Source: Dicyema japonicum
Lineage: Eukaryota > Animalia > Dicyemida
Direction of reading: 5' to 3'
DNA: 64,000 nucleotides
Assembly: GCA_011109175.1 (NCBI GenBank)
Contig: RDEW01000016.1
Location: forward strand, 558,134 to 622,133
In this document: positions 1 through 11,989 of the stretch, in pieces
How positions within the stretch are numbered: position 1 is the first letter of the stretch
How the letters are laid out: the number at the start of each line of letters is the position of its first letter
The notes under the pieces: model-generated
The model's input: the letters and a program-made list of their open reading frames with translations, nothing else
Told to the model about the DNA's origin: nothing
Databases searched by the model: none
Translations under genes and position numbers: made by a program

Positions 1-352
1 CATAGCATTCAAGGCTCAGAAGCAAAATAGTTTATACCAGGACATCAAGCAAACCTATCTCACTAAAAATACAGCATGAAGGTGGAGACTATTCTGACAC
101 ACTCTAAGAATGAATTTGGAAGCACAAGCAAATACTTCCATGGAAGACTATTTCGAAGCTGACGGATTTCGTTTCAGGGGACATCCGAAAAATACTCTCC
201 CAGTTACGCTAGATAGAGACCCTCGGAGATTGGGGAAACAACTAAAAGACGAAGACGACCTCGACGCCTTACGGGATGTTGCCCAGGACAGGGGGAAATG
301 GAAGAAATTAATAAATCTTATTATTTCCTGTACTGCACAATCTTTGTCATGA
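1..352 (+). mobile_element. RTE-clade LINE 3' fragment
   Basis: ORF 110-352 ends YF...FRFRGHPKNTLPVTLDRD...DDLDALRDVAQDRGKWKKL...TAQ, matching the C-terminus of the long RTE at 54043-57057. Confidence 0.85.
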
Positions 353-453
353 CCAATGGCATCGCGAAAGTGCTTAATAATAATAAACAGCACGTCATGA
401 AGAGGTAAGAAGTATGCCTGCTGCTTTTCTAACTTTCAGGGCTAGTAAAATTG

Positions 454-529
454 AATTTTATCACTTATTCAGAAATGAGTTGTATAGGTTAAATTTTATC
501 ACTTATTCAGAATTGAGCTGTATAGGTTA
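454..529. repeat. 38-bp tandem duplication
   Basis: aattttatcacttattcagaa(a/t)tgag(t/c)tgtataggtta present twice head-to-tail. Confidence 0.9.
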
Positions 530-924
530 ACATGATAAAAAAGGCGGTAATGACGTAAATCGCAATGATGCTATCATGTTGATTTTTTTCATCGACGAGG
601 CAGAAAGTGTATACCTCAATTAAAAACAAGCGTATTCTATAGAAGGCAAATAGTATGTTGATATAATTCGCACATGCAGTCTTTTGGATGTGGCTCCTCG
701 TTTTTTAAGTGAGTTCTCGTGACAGAACACTATTCAAATCATTTTTGTACGCATATGGAAATCATGTTTAATAATATAAGATAAAGTAAATGTTTAGTTT
801 AATTTAGTATGTCACAGGCGCTACGCGTTACATAATGCTCAAATTTACAATTTCAAGCATTTTTTATAAAAACTTTACACATGTTTTTCTCATTTATTAT
901 ATTTAAAATTAAAAAAATTCTTTT

Positions 925-1100
925 GTCTATTCCTCTTCTTTTCATTCCTACTAGAGTGGTGTCATGTGATCCATTAACAGGCTGGCACGGAAAAGGATCA
1001 TCTGGAATCTGTTTCTGTAGCGGTAAAAACTGGATATACTAGCTACTTGTTTACTTTTAACTTCTTTCTCGATGTATCTGGGGTTAATAAATTAATAAAA
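925..1100 (+). mobile_element. short non-autonomous Ingi-tailed element (internally deleted copy)
   Basis: Shares gtcatgtgatcc...ggcacggaaaaggatca head and ctggatatac...ttctttctc..tgtatctggggttaataa tail with the copy at 60405-60720(-). Confidence 0.7.
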
Positions 1101-1249
1101 TAACGCATTTTTTATAGATTTTATTTTTCGTTGGATGTTCGATATAACTTTTTAAATCGACCGTAACCTGATTGTATTGAGACTCAAAAGGCCTATTTTT
1201 GTGATTAAATGTCAACAAGTTTAAGAGCTGATCAACATTCAGAGGACGT

Positions 1250-1410
1250 TCAAGAGGTTGTTTTCCAAGGACACTTGCGAATGATTATGCTGTGATCTGA
1301 GTCCGATTGATGGATACAGATGATCTGCACAAAATCAGGAGGCGAGCAAAACGACGAAAGGGATGGAGAAGGCTAACGAGAGCATTAGTCGAAAACATGT
1401 CACATACGAA
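1250..1410 (+). mobile_element. degenerate RTE-like 3' fragment
   Basis: Translation resembles RG..PRTL..D...DTDDLHKIRRRAKRRKGWRRL, like the RTE C-terminus. Confidence 0.5.
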
Positions 1411-1964
1411 ACCATAAACAATGCTTACTGGACGTGAATTAACTAACTAATGTGGACGACAGTTGTATTGTTTTGCTGTGGGAAATTTTTCGATCAACAA
1501 AACAGCCAAGACATTGTCTAGAGCAGTGGTTCTCAACCTTTTTATTTAATCGCCCCCGCAAAATTTTTTTCGCCCCTTATTCACAAGTCAAAAAGTTATT
1601 ACCACGTACAGAAATTATTTAAGAAATATTTTTTTATTTAAAAATCATAGTTTTAATGATATCCCTGTGGTTTATGAGTATTCACAAGATTCTCTAAATT
1701 TGCCATTCTTTTCGTAAGTGAAATCCTTATATCTCCTTTTTCTTGTACATTTATTTTGCTTCGTTTTTTCCCGATGACATTTTTTCTCATACTCAAAGGT
1801 ATTCTTGTCTTCCGACTTCATTAATGAAAAATATGTAATTAATGTTCGTAAACTCAATAATTCTCAGTGAAACTCCAAAATATCAAAGTAAATTGGAAAA
1901 TCCGACGATGTCAAATTTGATGTCAAATTTGTTCCCGACGATGTCAAATTTGTTCCCCTTGCTA

Positions 1965-2135
1965 TGGAGACTTCCGGATCCTACTCCCCCTCTACACTCG
2001 AGTTTTTCGGACGTCTTGGAAACCGGATCACCTCATGCACTGGGGATCTCCGTGAACGCCGCTGGCTATTTGAGCGAATTTCGCTCGCAATTTTGAGAGG
2101 GAACAGCCACGCAGTGAGGGCGGCAACTACCTGAC
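1965..2135 (+). mobile_element. CRE-clade (restriction-like endonuclease) retrotransposon 3' fragment
   Basis: Translates TSGSYSPSTLEFFGRLGNRITSCTGDLRERRWLFERISLAILRGNSHAVRAATT*, the typical CRE C-terminus. Confidence 0.85.
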
Positions 2136-2609
2136 TTCTATTGTTTAATAAAATTAATTAATAAAAAAAATTAAAAAAACTGAAAAAATTGGAACTCGGA
2201 AAATCATTAAAACCGAGGCATGTAAAAATAAGTTTGAGGATGCTATATTTTATACCTATCAAGCATGGAAAAAAGCTAATTAGTACAACAATAATAAACT
2301 GGTTTTCGACATGCTAAATGGACCGAAAATTTTATTGAAGAAATTAATGACGAGTTTTTGCCTCAAACTTATCAAGAATTCGTGTCTAGACTGCAAATAA
2401 ATGATCCAATTCCAGAAGATGAGATTCTTTTCTATGAGTATACAGAGAATGAAGAGATCCTTTATGAAGATCCTGAGGATTTTTAATAAATTTAAAAGAA
2501 AGATATTCCTCTTTATAGGTTCTAACTTTTTTTGAACCAGACTCATCACGAAATATTAGAAATCACGCTAATAATTTTAAATGAATTATTATTATTATTG
2601 AACCAGGAC

Positions 2610-2960
2610 TGGATGCCATATACAAACAGTTCATCGAGTCTACAACAAGATACGCCTGTAATGTCTTAGGATCTAACTTGCAAAAACGAATTTGGACAAG
2701 ATATGCAACATTCAAGTGAAAGCAGCAAAACTACAAAGGAAATCTTCTCGTGTGGAAATCCTGCCCAGAAACCTTGAAAATATGATAGAGGCGACTGGAA
2801 CAGTACCCGTGAGAAGGAGTCGATTATGTGCCCATATCGGAAATGCGCAGTAACGCAGTCGGAACACCGAGAAAAAATGCGAAAACTGTTGAGGAGGCTA
2901 GGATCACCTAAATTGTTTATTTTGGATATGTCAGTGGTTTTCTGGTTCAATAATAATAAA
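2610..2960 (+). mobile_element. I-group/Ingi-like LINE C-terminal fragment with TAA-rich tail
   Basis: IYKQFIESTTRYAC and NLDKICNIQ motifs match the post-RT region of other copies (LYKQFVLPSIEYAC at 9470-9751). Confidence 0.6.
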
Positions 2961-3029
2961 TGAAATATATTTTTTATTTTTTTTTTATTTTTTTAATGAA
3001 AAAACATTTATTTATACAATATAAAATCG

Positions 3030-3370
3030 TTCTAAAGTCCAGCGGATATGATCGAGTGGCTGTTACCTCTGATACTGCCAGGGATATCCTGGAAAAGCCA
3101 CTCGGTTTCCCGACACTCCCTCGAGGCTTTGGTCAATAGACACCCAAGTGCTCTAAGGAAAGAGACCGTCTTGGGGCCAAAGACTCCGTTCGTCTCGACG
3201 ACCACTGACTGTACATGGAAACGGTTGAAATATATTATAATGTCATATATCTGCTGGTTATTTGAGCGAATCTCGCTCGCTATCCCGTGAGAAGGAATAG
3301 CCACGCAGTCAGGGCAGCCGCTATATAACCGTTTACTCTCTTGTCTTTCGTTTTATCAAATTAAGATAAA
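3030..3370. mobile_element. two CRE 3' fragments head-to-head (3030-3240 minus, 3245-3370 plus)
   Basis: Minus: VVVETNGVFGPKTVSFLRALG...WLFQ...RGNSHSIISAGL*; plus: WLFERISLAI.RRNSHAVRAA. Confidence 0.8.
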
Positions 3371-4039
3371 TAATATAAGACTCGATTATTTATCCGTCTT
3401 TAATTTTTCGAAACTATCCCCCCCTGACAAAAAAAATCGCCCAAAAGGGGGCGATTCCCCTCGTTGAGAACCACTGGTCTAGAGTTATTTTTGGAAGACA
3501 ATAGGATCTTTATTCCTTTATCATCCTACAAGATTTTAATCAGATTATCCTCTCACTTACTGGCACTTATCAAAAAATGAGGATGCCTAAAAGAAAACCC
3601 GAACGCAATTTGAAACCCGCATAGTTGGACGTCTGTGTCATAAAAATTCATGTATTATCTTCGGAAAAACCCAAGAAATATCAACAGTCTTAACGAGGAT
3701 AACAGCGGGGGATCGCCGTCTCCTACAGTCTACGTCTTCTGCGTGAATAGACTAATAAAACACTACGTTGAAATAAGTTACAGGGACTTCGATCGTCCAC
3801 TACGGATGGAGTACTGAAATTTAAAATCCACATGCCCATTACCTTCTTAATCCCAGGTTGAGGTGAGTGATTACATTTGGTAGGACTTGCATTTGACGTT
3901 TTGAATTATATTATGGCAATAAAGTCAATTTTTATCACGAAAACTTCATTATGGGATGCAGGAATTAAGCACGCAAGGGAGTCGCACCTCATGTTCGCAA
4001 GTCCAGTGTTCTGTATGAGCCATCGTGTCATTATAGGGT

Positions 4040-4620
4040 ATTCATTTCGCAGTCCTGGAAGGTACCCGATAAGCTTGATAAAAATTGATGTACTGGAGCC
4101 AAGCAGCCAGAAGTGTCAATGGAGAACGGATGGAATACGGACCATCCCAAATGCTACTGTATTTCCTTTTTTCAGAATCTTGAATTTCTGAGTTGAATTT
4201 CTGAATTAGGGTGTCATATTTCCGCACGTTTGGAAGATCTTTGAGAACGCCGCTAACTATTCGAGAGAGTTTCACTAGAGTATTTTGAGAGGGAATAGCC
4301 ACGTGGTAAAGGCAAACTAAATTAATCGTACGGAATTATGTTTTGTATAAGAATTTTACATTGTTTTTTAACAACAAAATTAATTTTAATCTAGGGAGCT
4401 TGAATGGCCAGACTGTTTCTCCTAACTATCGAGATACGCTCTTGAAGACATCTAGTCTCACATAGATACTTGGTGACCCTTTGGAACATTAAGCCAATCT
4501 GGTCGGCCAATTATTCCTGGCGTCTCAACAGCAAATAGGACAAATAAGTGATCTTTCAAAATGCTTCGGTAGTTCCGTATTTTCTTATTTTCTGCTTACT
4601 TAGAAACATGACATGAGTCC
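4040..4620. mobile_element. cluster of CRE 3' fragments (4040-4240 minus, 4235-4320 plus, 4400-4620 minus)
   Basis: SEKRKYS, LFERVSL..LRGNSHVV and LFVLFAVETPG motifs. Confidence 0.6.
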
Positions 4621-4879
4621 GATACTTAAACGGCCAAATATTTCGGAGAATACGTATCAACATAAATAGGCTCCCAAACCAGGTTCTGACCATTGGCAAA
4701 AGGGAATGTTGTCATCCTATATATTTTTAATTGAAGTTGTTTTCTTTTTGAGTAACTATGGACTGATGGATCTATCCAAATCCTTTCAATTTATTACTTG
4801 ATACATTTTAATTGACTACCATTACTTATGCGGCTTTCCTGGATAACTCGGAATAAATATCCTCTATCCCTTTTTTTAG

Positions 4880-4984
4880 CATAGTCACCAAAACATCGTA
4901 GATGCGTGGAACCTTACATCAGCGAGATTCGAACTAGAGGCCATCGAGCATTTTGTCCGGCATCACTACACTGAGCCATCCGGC
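4880..4984 (-). mobile_element. tRNA-derived SINE (truncated)
   Basis: Reverse strand gccggatggctcagtgtag (A box) ... agttcgaatctc (B box), then aaggttccacgcatctacgatgttttgg shared with the SINE at 43184. Confidence 0.75.
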
Positions 4985-5822
4985 ATATCGCGGTTTTTGA
5001 TCGAAATGATGTCGGTGATGCCTTATGGCTGAGATCTTAAGTAACTTTTCGAAATCTCTATTCGAAGAGGCCTTTTTTGAAACCCAGACTCTGTAAAAGG
5101 GACTTAATTTAGACGTTCCAATGAATAAACTGTATCAGAAATCATTGGATGAGGTATCTTAAAAGCACTAAATTAGGATCGCACCCCTTTTCATCTAATA
5201 ACGTTCATAGAGGACAGTGGATGTTAGCGAAACTCCAACCACTTTGTTGGTTAACGAGAGCTTCCTTATCGGAATTGGTTTGCGCTTTAGTCTCTACATC
5301 TGTAAACCTTGCAATAGTCGTTGTAAGGCAAGCATAAACTCGTTTATCGCTTCTCGGTTTGTATTTTCTGTTTATTCAGAGTACCAGGATGCTGAATCTG
5401 AACAGAGGAAATTAAGAAGTACTAGCCTTCGAAGATCGGTTCTGTTTCGTCCCAATCGTATTTGAAACTTCTGGGAGGTTTAATAAAATTGGTAGAAAAG
5501 TCACCGGTTAAATTGGGAATGCAATCATGATGTGACTCAAAAAGCTCAAAAAAATATGAAAGGAATAGTTAGATTTACTAACTAAAGTCAAATTTTGACT
5601 TTAAATAATTTAATTTTTGTATATTTTTAAAAATTATTTTACAATATGGCGAACCTTTTAATACTTATATATCAATCGGCGTGCAATTGCCACGTTCTTT
5701 TGGTTTGTTGTATGTTTTTTATTTTATTTAGGTGAGTATTGCCTTACATTTTCTTTAATATTCTATATATTATGGATTTATCAAATAGTCTTGAAGCCTG
5801 TTATCAAAATGTTTAATATATA

Positions 5823-7455
5823 CAGTCGAACCCCGCCCCAATAAAACCCCCGCCTTGGGGCACCCTCGCTTTTTGGGGCGATTTTATTTTCTAGTACATT
5901 TTCCATTAATAATTTCCAAATTTGGAAATTATTAAAACCCCAGTATGGGGCACTTTACTAATTTATTTTATATTTTATTACATAAGATTATTTTGAATAA
6001 TATTATTTTTGAACACGTGATAATTATCTTTGTGTAATGCCTTCCAAAATTTCTATTGAAACAAAAATTAAAATTGCAAAGTGTCTACAAACTTCTTCTG
6101 AAAGAGAAGTTGCAAAAAAATTCAAGATAAGCAAATGCACTATTTCCCGAATCAAAAAAAACATTTCTTTCTTCCGGATCAGTCATTTCAAGATTAGTTC
6201 AAATAGATGAAGTTGAACCAGTTTCTAATGAAGTCAATCAATTTGAAAAACTTGACGAATTAACTTTTAATGCTTTTCGTCGATTGAGGGAAGATTCATT
6301 TTCAATTTCAGGTACATTAATCAAAGCCATCGCGACAAAAATATCCACAAAATTGAATTATCTAACATCTTTTAAAGCCTCAAACGGTTGGTTAGACAGA
6401 TTTAAGAAGAGACATGATCTGAGTTTTAGAACCATCTGTGGTGAAAAAAATTCAGTAGACAAAAGTAATCTCCCAAATTTTTTTTTTAATTCGATGATTT
6501 ATTGAAAACTTATGGTCATGAAAATATTTTTAATTGTGATGAAACATCTTTGTATGTTAAAAAATTTCCTTCAAGATCTTATGTCGAATCTATAGAAGCA
6601 TGTCATGGTACAAAATTCAGTAAAGAAAGAGTAACAGTTCTCTTTGCTGTAATGCAGCAGGAAATAAATTAAGTCCCCTTGTTATTGAAAAATACAAATC
6701 ACCTCGTTGTATGAAAAGTTTGCTTAATTATATTTTAACATAGATTTTGATTGTGAAAAATTCGGTATTTTATATGCAGCGTCAAAAAATTCCTGGATGA
6801 ATAGAGAAATTTTCAAAATGTGGCTTTCGACGACTTTCTCTCACAAGATAGAAAAATACTTTTAATAATGGATAATGCTACATGCCATTATTTATTGGAA
6901 TACTCAAATATTAAATTGTTTTTTCTTCCGAAAAACACAACATCTTTGATTCAACCTTTAGACCTGAAGTAATATCTGAAGAAAACGAAGATCTAGTCAA
7001 GAGTTGCGAGTTTTATAATGGAGTTGACACAGAGGACAAAACAACGATATCAGAAACTTATGAAATGATGGATAAGTTAGAAAATGTAGCTCAAAATACA
7101 TCTTTTGAGACATTACAAAAATATTATGAGTTTAGATTTCAACTTGGAAAAGATCTAAGAAATAAAAAAAATTTGAAATTGACTGATTATTTCAAAAAAT
7201 GCTTTAAAAATAATGATTTGTTAATTAATAAAAATCGAATAAAAAACATAGAATAAAAATCTATCAAACTATAGAGCAAAAAATCACAACTTATTTTATA
7301 AACACTTTGGAAGAAGTGAAGAAGTTCCTTTTTCGCAAAGTAAACAAAAATTTAAGTTAAATCAACCATAAATCAATAGTTTGAACCAAACCCCGGTTTT
7401 GGAGGGCACCCCCGCTTTTTGGGGCACTTTGATGCCCCACCCCGGGGTTCGACTG
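5823..7455 (+). mobile_element. pogo/Tigger (Tc1-mariner superfamily) transposon, degenerate transposase
   Basis: TIRs cagtcgaaccccg / cggggttcgactg with TA TSD; CENP-B-like HTH (FKASNGWLDRFKKRH) and DDE motifs (NCDET, IMDNA, IQPLD); several frameshifts. Confidence 0.93.
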
Positions 7456-7559
7456 TATATGTTTTAGTAACCTATAAATACAGATTTTCCTTCACTATTT
7501 GATTTTTTTGTATTTATTGAAATAAATTTATCAAATTTTCAGCTTATTTGTAAAACGAA

Positions 7560-7650
7560 ATTTATTTGTAAACGAAAGGAAAGAAAAGAGAGTAAACGGT
7601 TATATAGCGGCTGCCCTGACTGCGTGGCTATTTTCTCTCAGGATGGCGAG
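7560..7650 (-). mobile_element. very short CRE 3' end
   Basis: Near-identical reverse complement of 3285-3360 (atagccacgcagtcagggcagccgctatataaccgtttactctc). Confidence 0.8.
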
Positions 7651-7699
7651 GATATATATTTTTAATGGAAATTTTGATTTCTTCAAAAATTATCCCCAA

Positions 7700-8130
7700 T
7701 ATCGCCGTTATCCCCCAATCACATAATAATGTTGAAATTTCTATTATCCATATGTAATGTTTCAAGTGGCCCAGCTGAACAAAACATGTCTTGAAAACAA
7801 TTTCTTATATTTTGTAAAGAAACAAATTTATTCTTTTATTTAAAACTGCCATCCATCCAAAGTGGACCCGCCGACATTTTTGTAAAGTTTTACTAATTAA
7901 GGGAAATGACCTGCAAATTTTGAGTAACAATCAATTACATCAATTATCATTATATTGTTTATTATGGGAAGAATATCTCTTAGGATCTATACAATCATCC
8001 ATGAGTCTTTCGAATTTAATTGAAACGGTAATAATTTGAATATCTTGTCAAGTCTGTTGAAATAGTTGCAGGAATCACAAGTTGATATAAAATGGCGAAT
8101 AACTTTTTGATTAATACCAATTTATTTTTC
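7700..8130 (-). mobile_element. Ginger2/KRBA2-like integrase fragment
   Basis: VIRHFISTCDSC, IDCYSKFA and LETLHMDN motifs, similar to 51980-53265. Confidence 0.65.
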
Positions 8131-8159
8131 GCAAATTAATTTGCACATCTTGGATGTCC

Positions 8160-8330
8160 AATAGAAGAATGTTCCTCCAGCACCACAGTTCAAAAGCATC
8201 AGTTTTTCGTCTATCCGCTTTTTTCAGTATCCATGATTCTGCGCTGTATAGACAAACCGGCAACACGATTGCATTAACCAGTCTGCATTTGGTCCTAAAG
8301 CAATATCTTTATTTCAGTAAAAGAAGGGAA
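8160..8330 (-). mobile_element. BovB-like RTE fragment
   Basis: TKCRLVNAIVLPVCLYSAESWILKKADRRKTDAFELWCWRNIL, the characteristic RTE/BovB post-RT motif. Confidence 0.75.
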
Positions 8331-8689
8331 AAAGGATCGATACTTAGACCTCTTCTATTCTCTACCCTTTTCACGCTTAATTGTTTATTGAGTCAAAATA
8401 AATTTTTTTAATTTTTTGAAAGAAAAGGGGATCGATTCCTCGAAGCTAAACTTAGTGGTTGTTAATGTTTTAAAGTGACAAATTAGTCTTATCAACCCTG
8501 ACAGTATCAACACCGCTATGATATACGCCATTTATTATATAATAATTAGGGCAACCAAAAATCATATCTTACTTTATTTGTCATATTAATGATTTTTATG
8601 TATAATTATCATTTAAGCTATTTTTATTAATTTTAATATACATTATTGATTCACTAATTAACGTCCGCTTCTACGAACTTGGTTGGAAC

Positions 8690-9150
8690 CAATGTAAGCT
8701 TCCCTCTGGATTTGGGGGTGTCGGTCTAAGATCGGCGCTGGAGGTTACGCACCTGGCATATTTATCGTATCTCTCAAGCTGCATCTATTTGACACGGCAA
8801 GTCCTTCATCACACTATTAGGCTTCGCTGGAATGAGTCATTTGACGAGGCTTGTCGGAAATGGAGCGGGTCCGGACTCAAAGTTCCCAATGACACAACGA
8901 AGCAAAGTAATTGTGATAACGTTGTCTGCTCCAAAATTTTAAATGACATTAAGAAAAAAGCAAATCAACATCGTCTATATGGTGGAATAGGAGATCGCTT
9001 TCGTTTTGTACCGGTGGCAATCGAAACGTCTGGTACTGCGTGAATTATCACAGACTCGTTCCTGATGGAAATAGGGGAAATTGGCCCATCGTAAGAAAGA
9101 CGTGCGGGAAGCGGTCTGGCTGAGGCGACGAATTGGGATTGCAGTTTATT
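8690..9150 (+). mobile_element. CRE fragment (internally deleted)
   Basis: WNQCKLPSGFGGVGLRSA and RFRFVPVAIETSG motifs, ending in a LRRRIGIAV-like motif. Confidence 0.75.
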
Positions 9151-9990
9151 TATTTTATTAACTCCGAAATCAAAAAGATAAAAGTTATCGTCTAATTAAG
9201 TGATCCCGGTGTCCATACCAGTCCTTTTCCTTCGGTTAGTTTTGGAGTCCTGGATTAATCTCCACAACGGGAAAAGTTTCTTCTCATATCTCGGGCAGGC
9301 GTCCATGTATAGTTTGATGTCCGGCCCGAGGGGATGGTCTGGGGACTTTGCCATCTAGAGGAAATCCCTGTGACGTTCCGTAAGATAATCCATGATTGGG
9401 GGACGTTTAGTGTTTTCCGTAGTAACGAAGTGGACGTCTTTTTCGACGATCCCAGTATATTCTGAGACATCATTTTTGTAAAACTTCCAGCTTACTTTGT
9501 GCCGATAATGACAACGGGGCAATCCATGCAGCACAGGCGTACTCGATACTCGGTAAAACAAATTGTTTGTATAGAAGTTCTAACGATGGGCGGAATGATA
9601 TTGGAGAGTGAGTGAAAGCCTTGAGAATTCCAATTTTCTTTTGGATCCTCGCGGTTACTCGGTTCACTTGATGAGTGAATGTGAAGAGAGGATTCAGGAT
9701 GACTCCAGGGATTGAAAGGGTCTTCTTAATGGGAAGCGGGGAGTCATACAACTTTATTCGTGGTATTGCCCGTATTTCTTTTCGTGTTGAGGTAAACGTC
9801 TTTCCTGGTGATATATTTAGACGGTTCTTCAGGAACCTCCTCGATTTTTCAATGTTTTACTGCGACCACATCCACATACGATAAAAGAATTGTGTTTTTG
9901 GTTGTTGGAGATGGGAAGTCACTAAGGTTTGCAATTGTCCGCGGAAACGCTTATTCCGTAGTGTCAGCAGACGCTCTTCCCTGTTATTGT
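9150..9990 (-). mobile_element. I-group/Ingi-like LINE 3' part
   Basis: ILGV..NPLFTFTHQVN..LYKQFVLPSIEYACAAW; 3' stem-loop and ggagttaataa tail at 9155-9210. Confidence 0.8.
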
Positions 9991-10129
9991 TAATAAATAA
10001 TATTTTTTGTTAAATAAAACGTGTATGAATTTAAAAAAAATATATCAAATCTTTTTTTCAAAGAATATGTTTTAATGACACTAAATACAAAGTTAATTGC
10101 GCTTATTTAAATTCAGCAATATTGAATGT

Positions 10130-10420
10130 TTAATTGTGTTAATTTCTGTAACATTTGCATTCCCCAAAGATTCTTCACTTCTGAAGTAATATCTAAAGAT
10201 TTAAAGGCCGATGGGGGCGAATCTTGTAAATATCTTGCTTTGGATGATATCTGTGTGGATGGCTTCTCCGCCAACCTTTTACTGATTACAACTCACCCAG
10301 GATCAGCCTCAGAATGGGCCAATATCTTTTAAAAAAGAAATATTAAATTTCTGTGGGCATTTTATTTTTGAACCAATCGCAATAGAAACCTCGGGGATCA
10401 TTGAAAGCAGGTCAATTTCC
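10130..10420 (+). mobile_element. CRE fragment
   Basis: FIFEPIAIETSG motif near 10365-10400. Confidence 0.55.
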
Positions 10421-11989
10421 AGAATTTAGTTATTGAGGTCTCGTCTGATAGGTCTTCCCAAGCCATTTTTATAAAAGACCGTATCCTTTAAAGTTAATTT
10501 GCTGTAGAAATTGTATACCGAAATACTTTGAGTTTTCAAATATTCCCTCAAATATAGTCAGGGTACACACTTTCAAGGTTTTATTGAGCACAAACTTACA
10601 TTTGATGGTTACTATATTCGATTATGCGTGGAATAGTTATCCTTTGAGTACAAGTCTTCAACATTCTACAATAAGTGGAAATCATTTCTGACTCGGGTTG
10701 TCCACACGCTTTCGCACCGCCTTTGTGCGACCCTGATTAGAAGAATATATGATAAAACCCCGTCAAATAACTCCGTTTCCTGTATACTAGAATAAACTCA
10801 AATATTTTTGACATTTATAAGCTTAGTGACGTTTAACATAGACCTTACCTTTCCATTGATCCCACATCACACATTTAAGATGTGTTTAACAAGGGGTTGG
10901 AGTTTAAAGTTTCGCACCTTTACCTTAACCGTCATAGAAAAGTTTTTTGAAATTTATTTGGATTTTGTTTTTTATAGGTCATTTCTTTTTCATCATTTAA
11001 CGTTCCATTCTATATCTTTCGCGCCATTCTATAATTTTCAAGGAAACTTATGTATTCTCAGAAATATGCCTACTCAACACCCCGTTGACCCTTGATAGAA
11101 ATGCCACTTCACGACTTTGATGGTCATGAGAAAATCCGATTCTTTTTATTTTTTCACACACAGTCCTATTAATTAATCGTCAAAAATGTCATGCGGCTCG
11201 CCGACGACGTGATGGTATTTAGAACTTTCCCCTATCTTCACGGGTGGACCAATAAGGAAGGCCTGTGCCGCTGCGGAGACGTTGAGGCAAACCCTGAACC
11301 AGTTAGAATAGTCCAACTCAACATAAATGGAATCAAGAACAAGATACTCGAACTTCAGACATTTGTGAAAGAACATCCCATCGATCTGTTGCTAATCCAA
11401 GAGTCTAAACTTTCTCCAAAGAATTCAATACCAGTATTTCCGGGATTCACAGTAATTCGTCGTGACAAAATTGGCAAACTTGTGGGGGCCTTCTCACAGT
11501 AATTCGCAACGGCATTCCGTTTGAGGATATAACTAGCAGTGTCTACAGTATGCTTAAAGGATATGGAAATCTCGAACTTGTGGCTACCAAAGTACGATTC
11601 CCAAAACTATCAATAATATTAGTCAACACGTATCTCCTACCGTTGAGTTCCTGCTCTTCCAGTGCTCCTAGATTGACTCCTCTCACATCACTGAAGGATG
11701 TGATTATCTGTGATGACTTCAATGCGAAGCACCCACTGTGGCTGACAGGACAAACCTATGACAAAAGGGGGAAGATGATAATTGAGGACCTCCACATTTT
11801 ATGTATATTCAACGATCCTGCATCTCATACAAGAACACCTACTCGACGTAACGATAAACTTTTTTCTATTGACATCTCACTGTCATCACCGTCCTTGCCC
11901 CTCTTATTGACTGGTCAGTGAAATATGACACCAGGAGTGACCACAATGCAATATTTTTGGAGGTCAAATCGAGGAAGGAAGAATCCGGG

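Larger units (their letters stand above)
1524..3476. mobile_element. non-autonomous hAT (Buster-type) DNA transposon containing nested retroelement fragments
   Basis: Perfect 14-bp TIRs cagtggttctcaac (1524-1537) / gttgagaaccactg (3463-3476); identical 8-bp TSD gtctagag (1516-1523, 3477-3484) with central TA typical of Buster. Confidence 0.92.

Noticed and set aside
2780-2950. Cys-rich stretch resembling a piggyBac C-terminal domain
   Set aside because: The upstream frames match the Ingi-like LINE post-RT region (IYKQFI..YAC); no TTAA TSD or piggyBac TIR was found.
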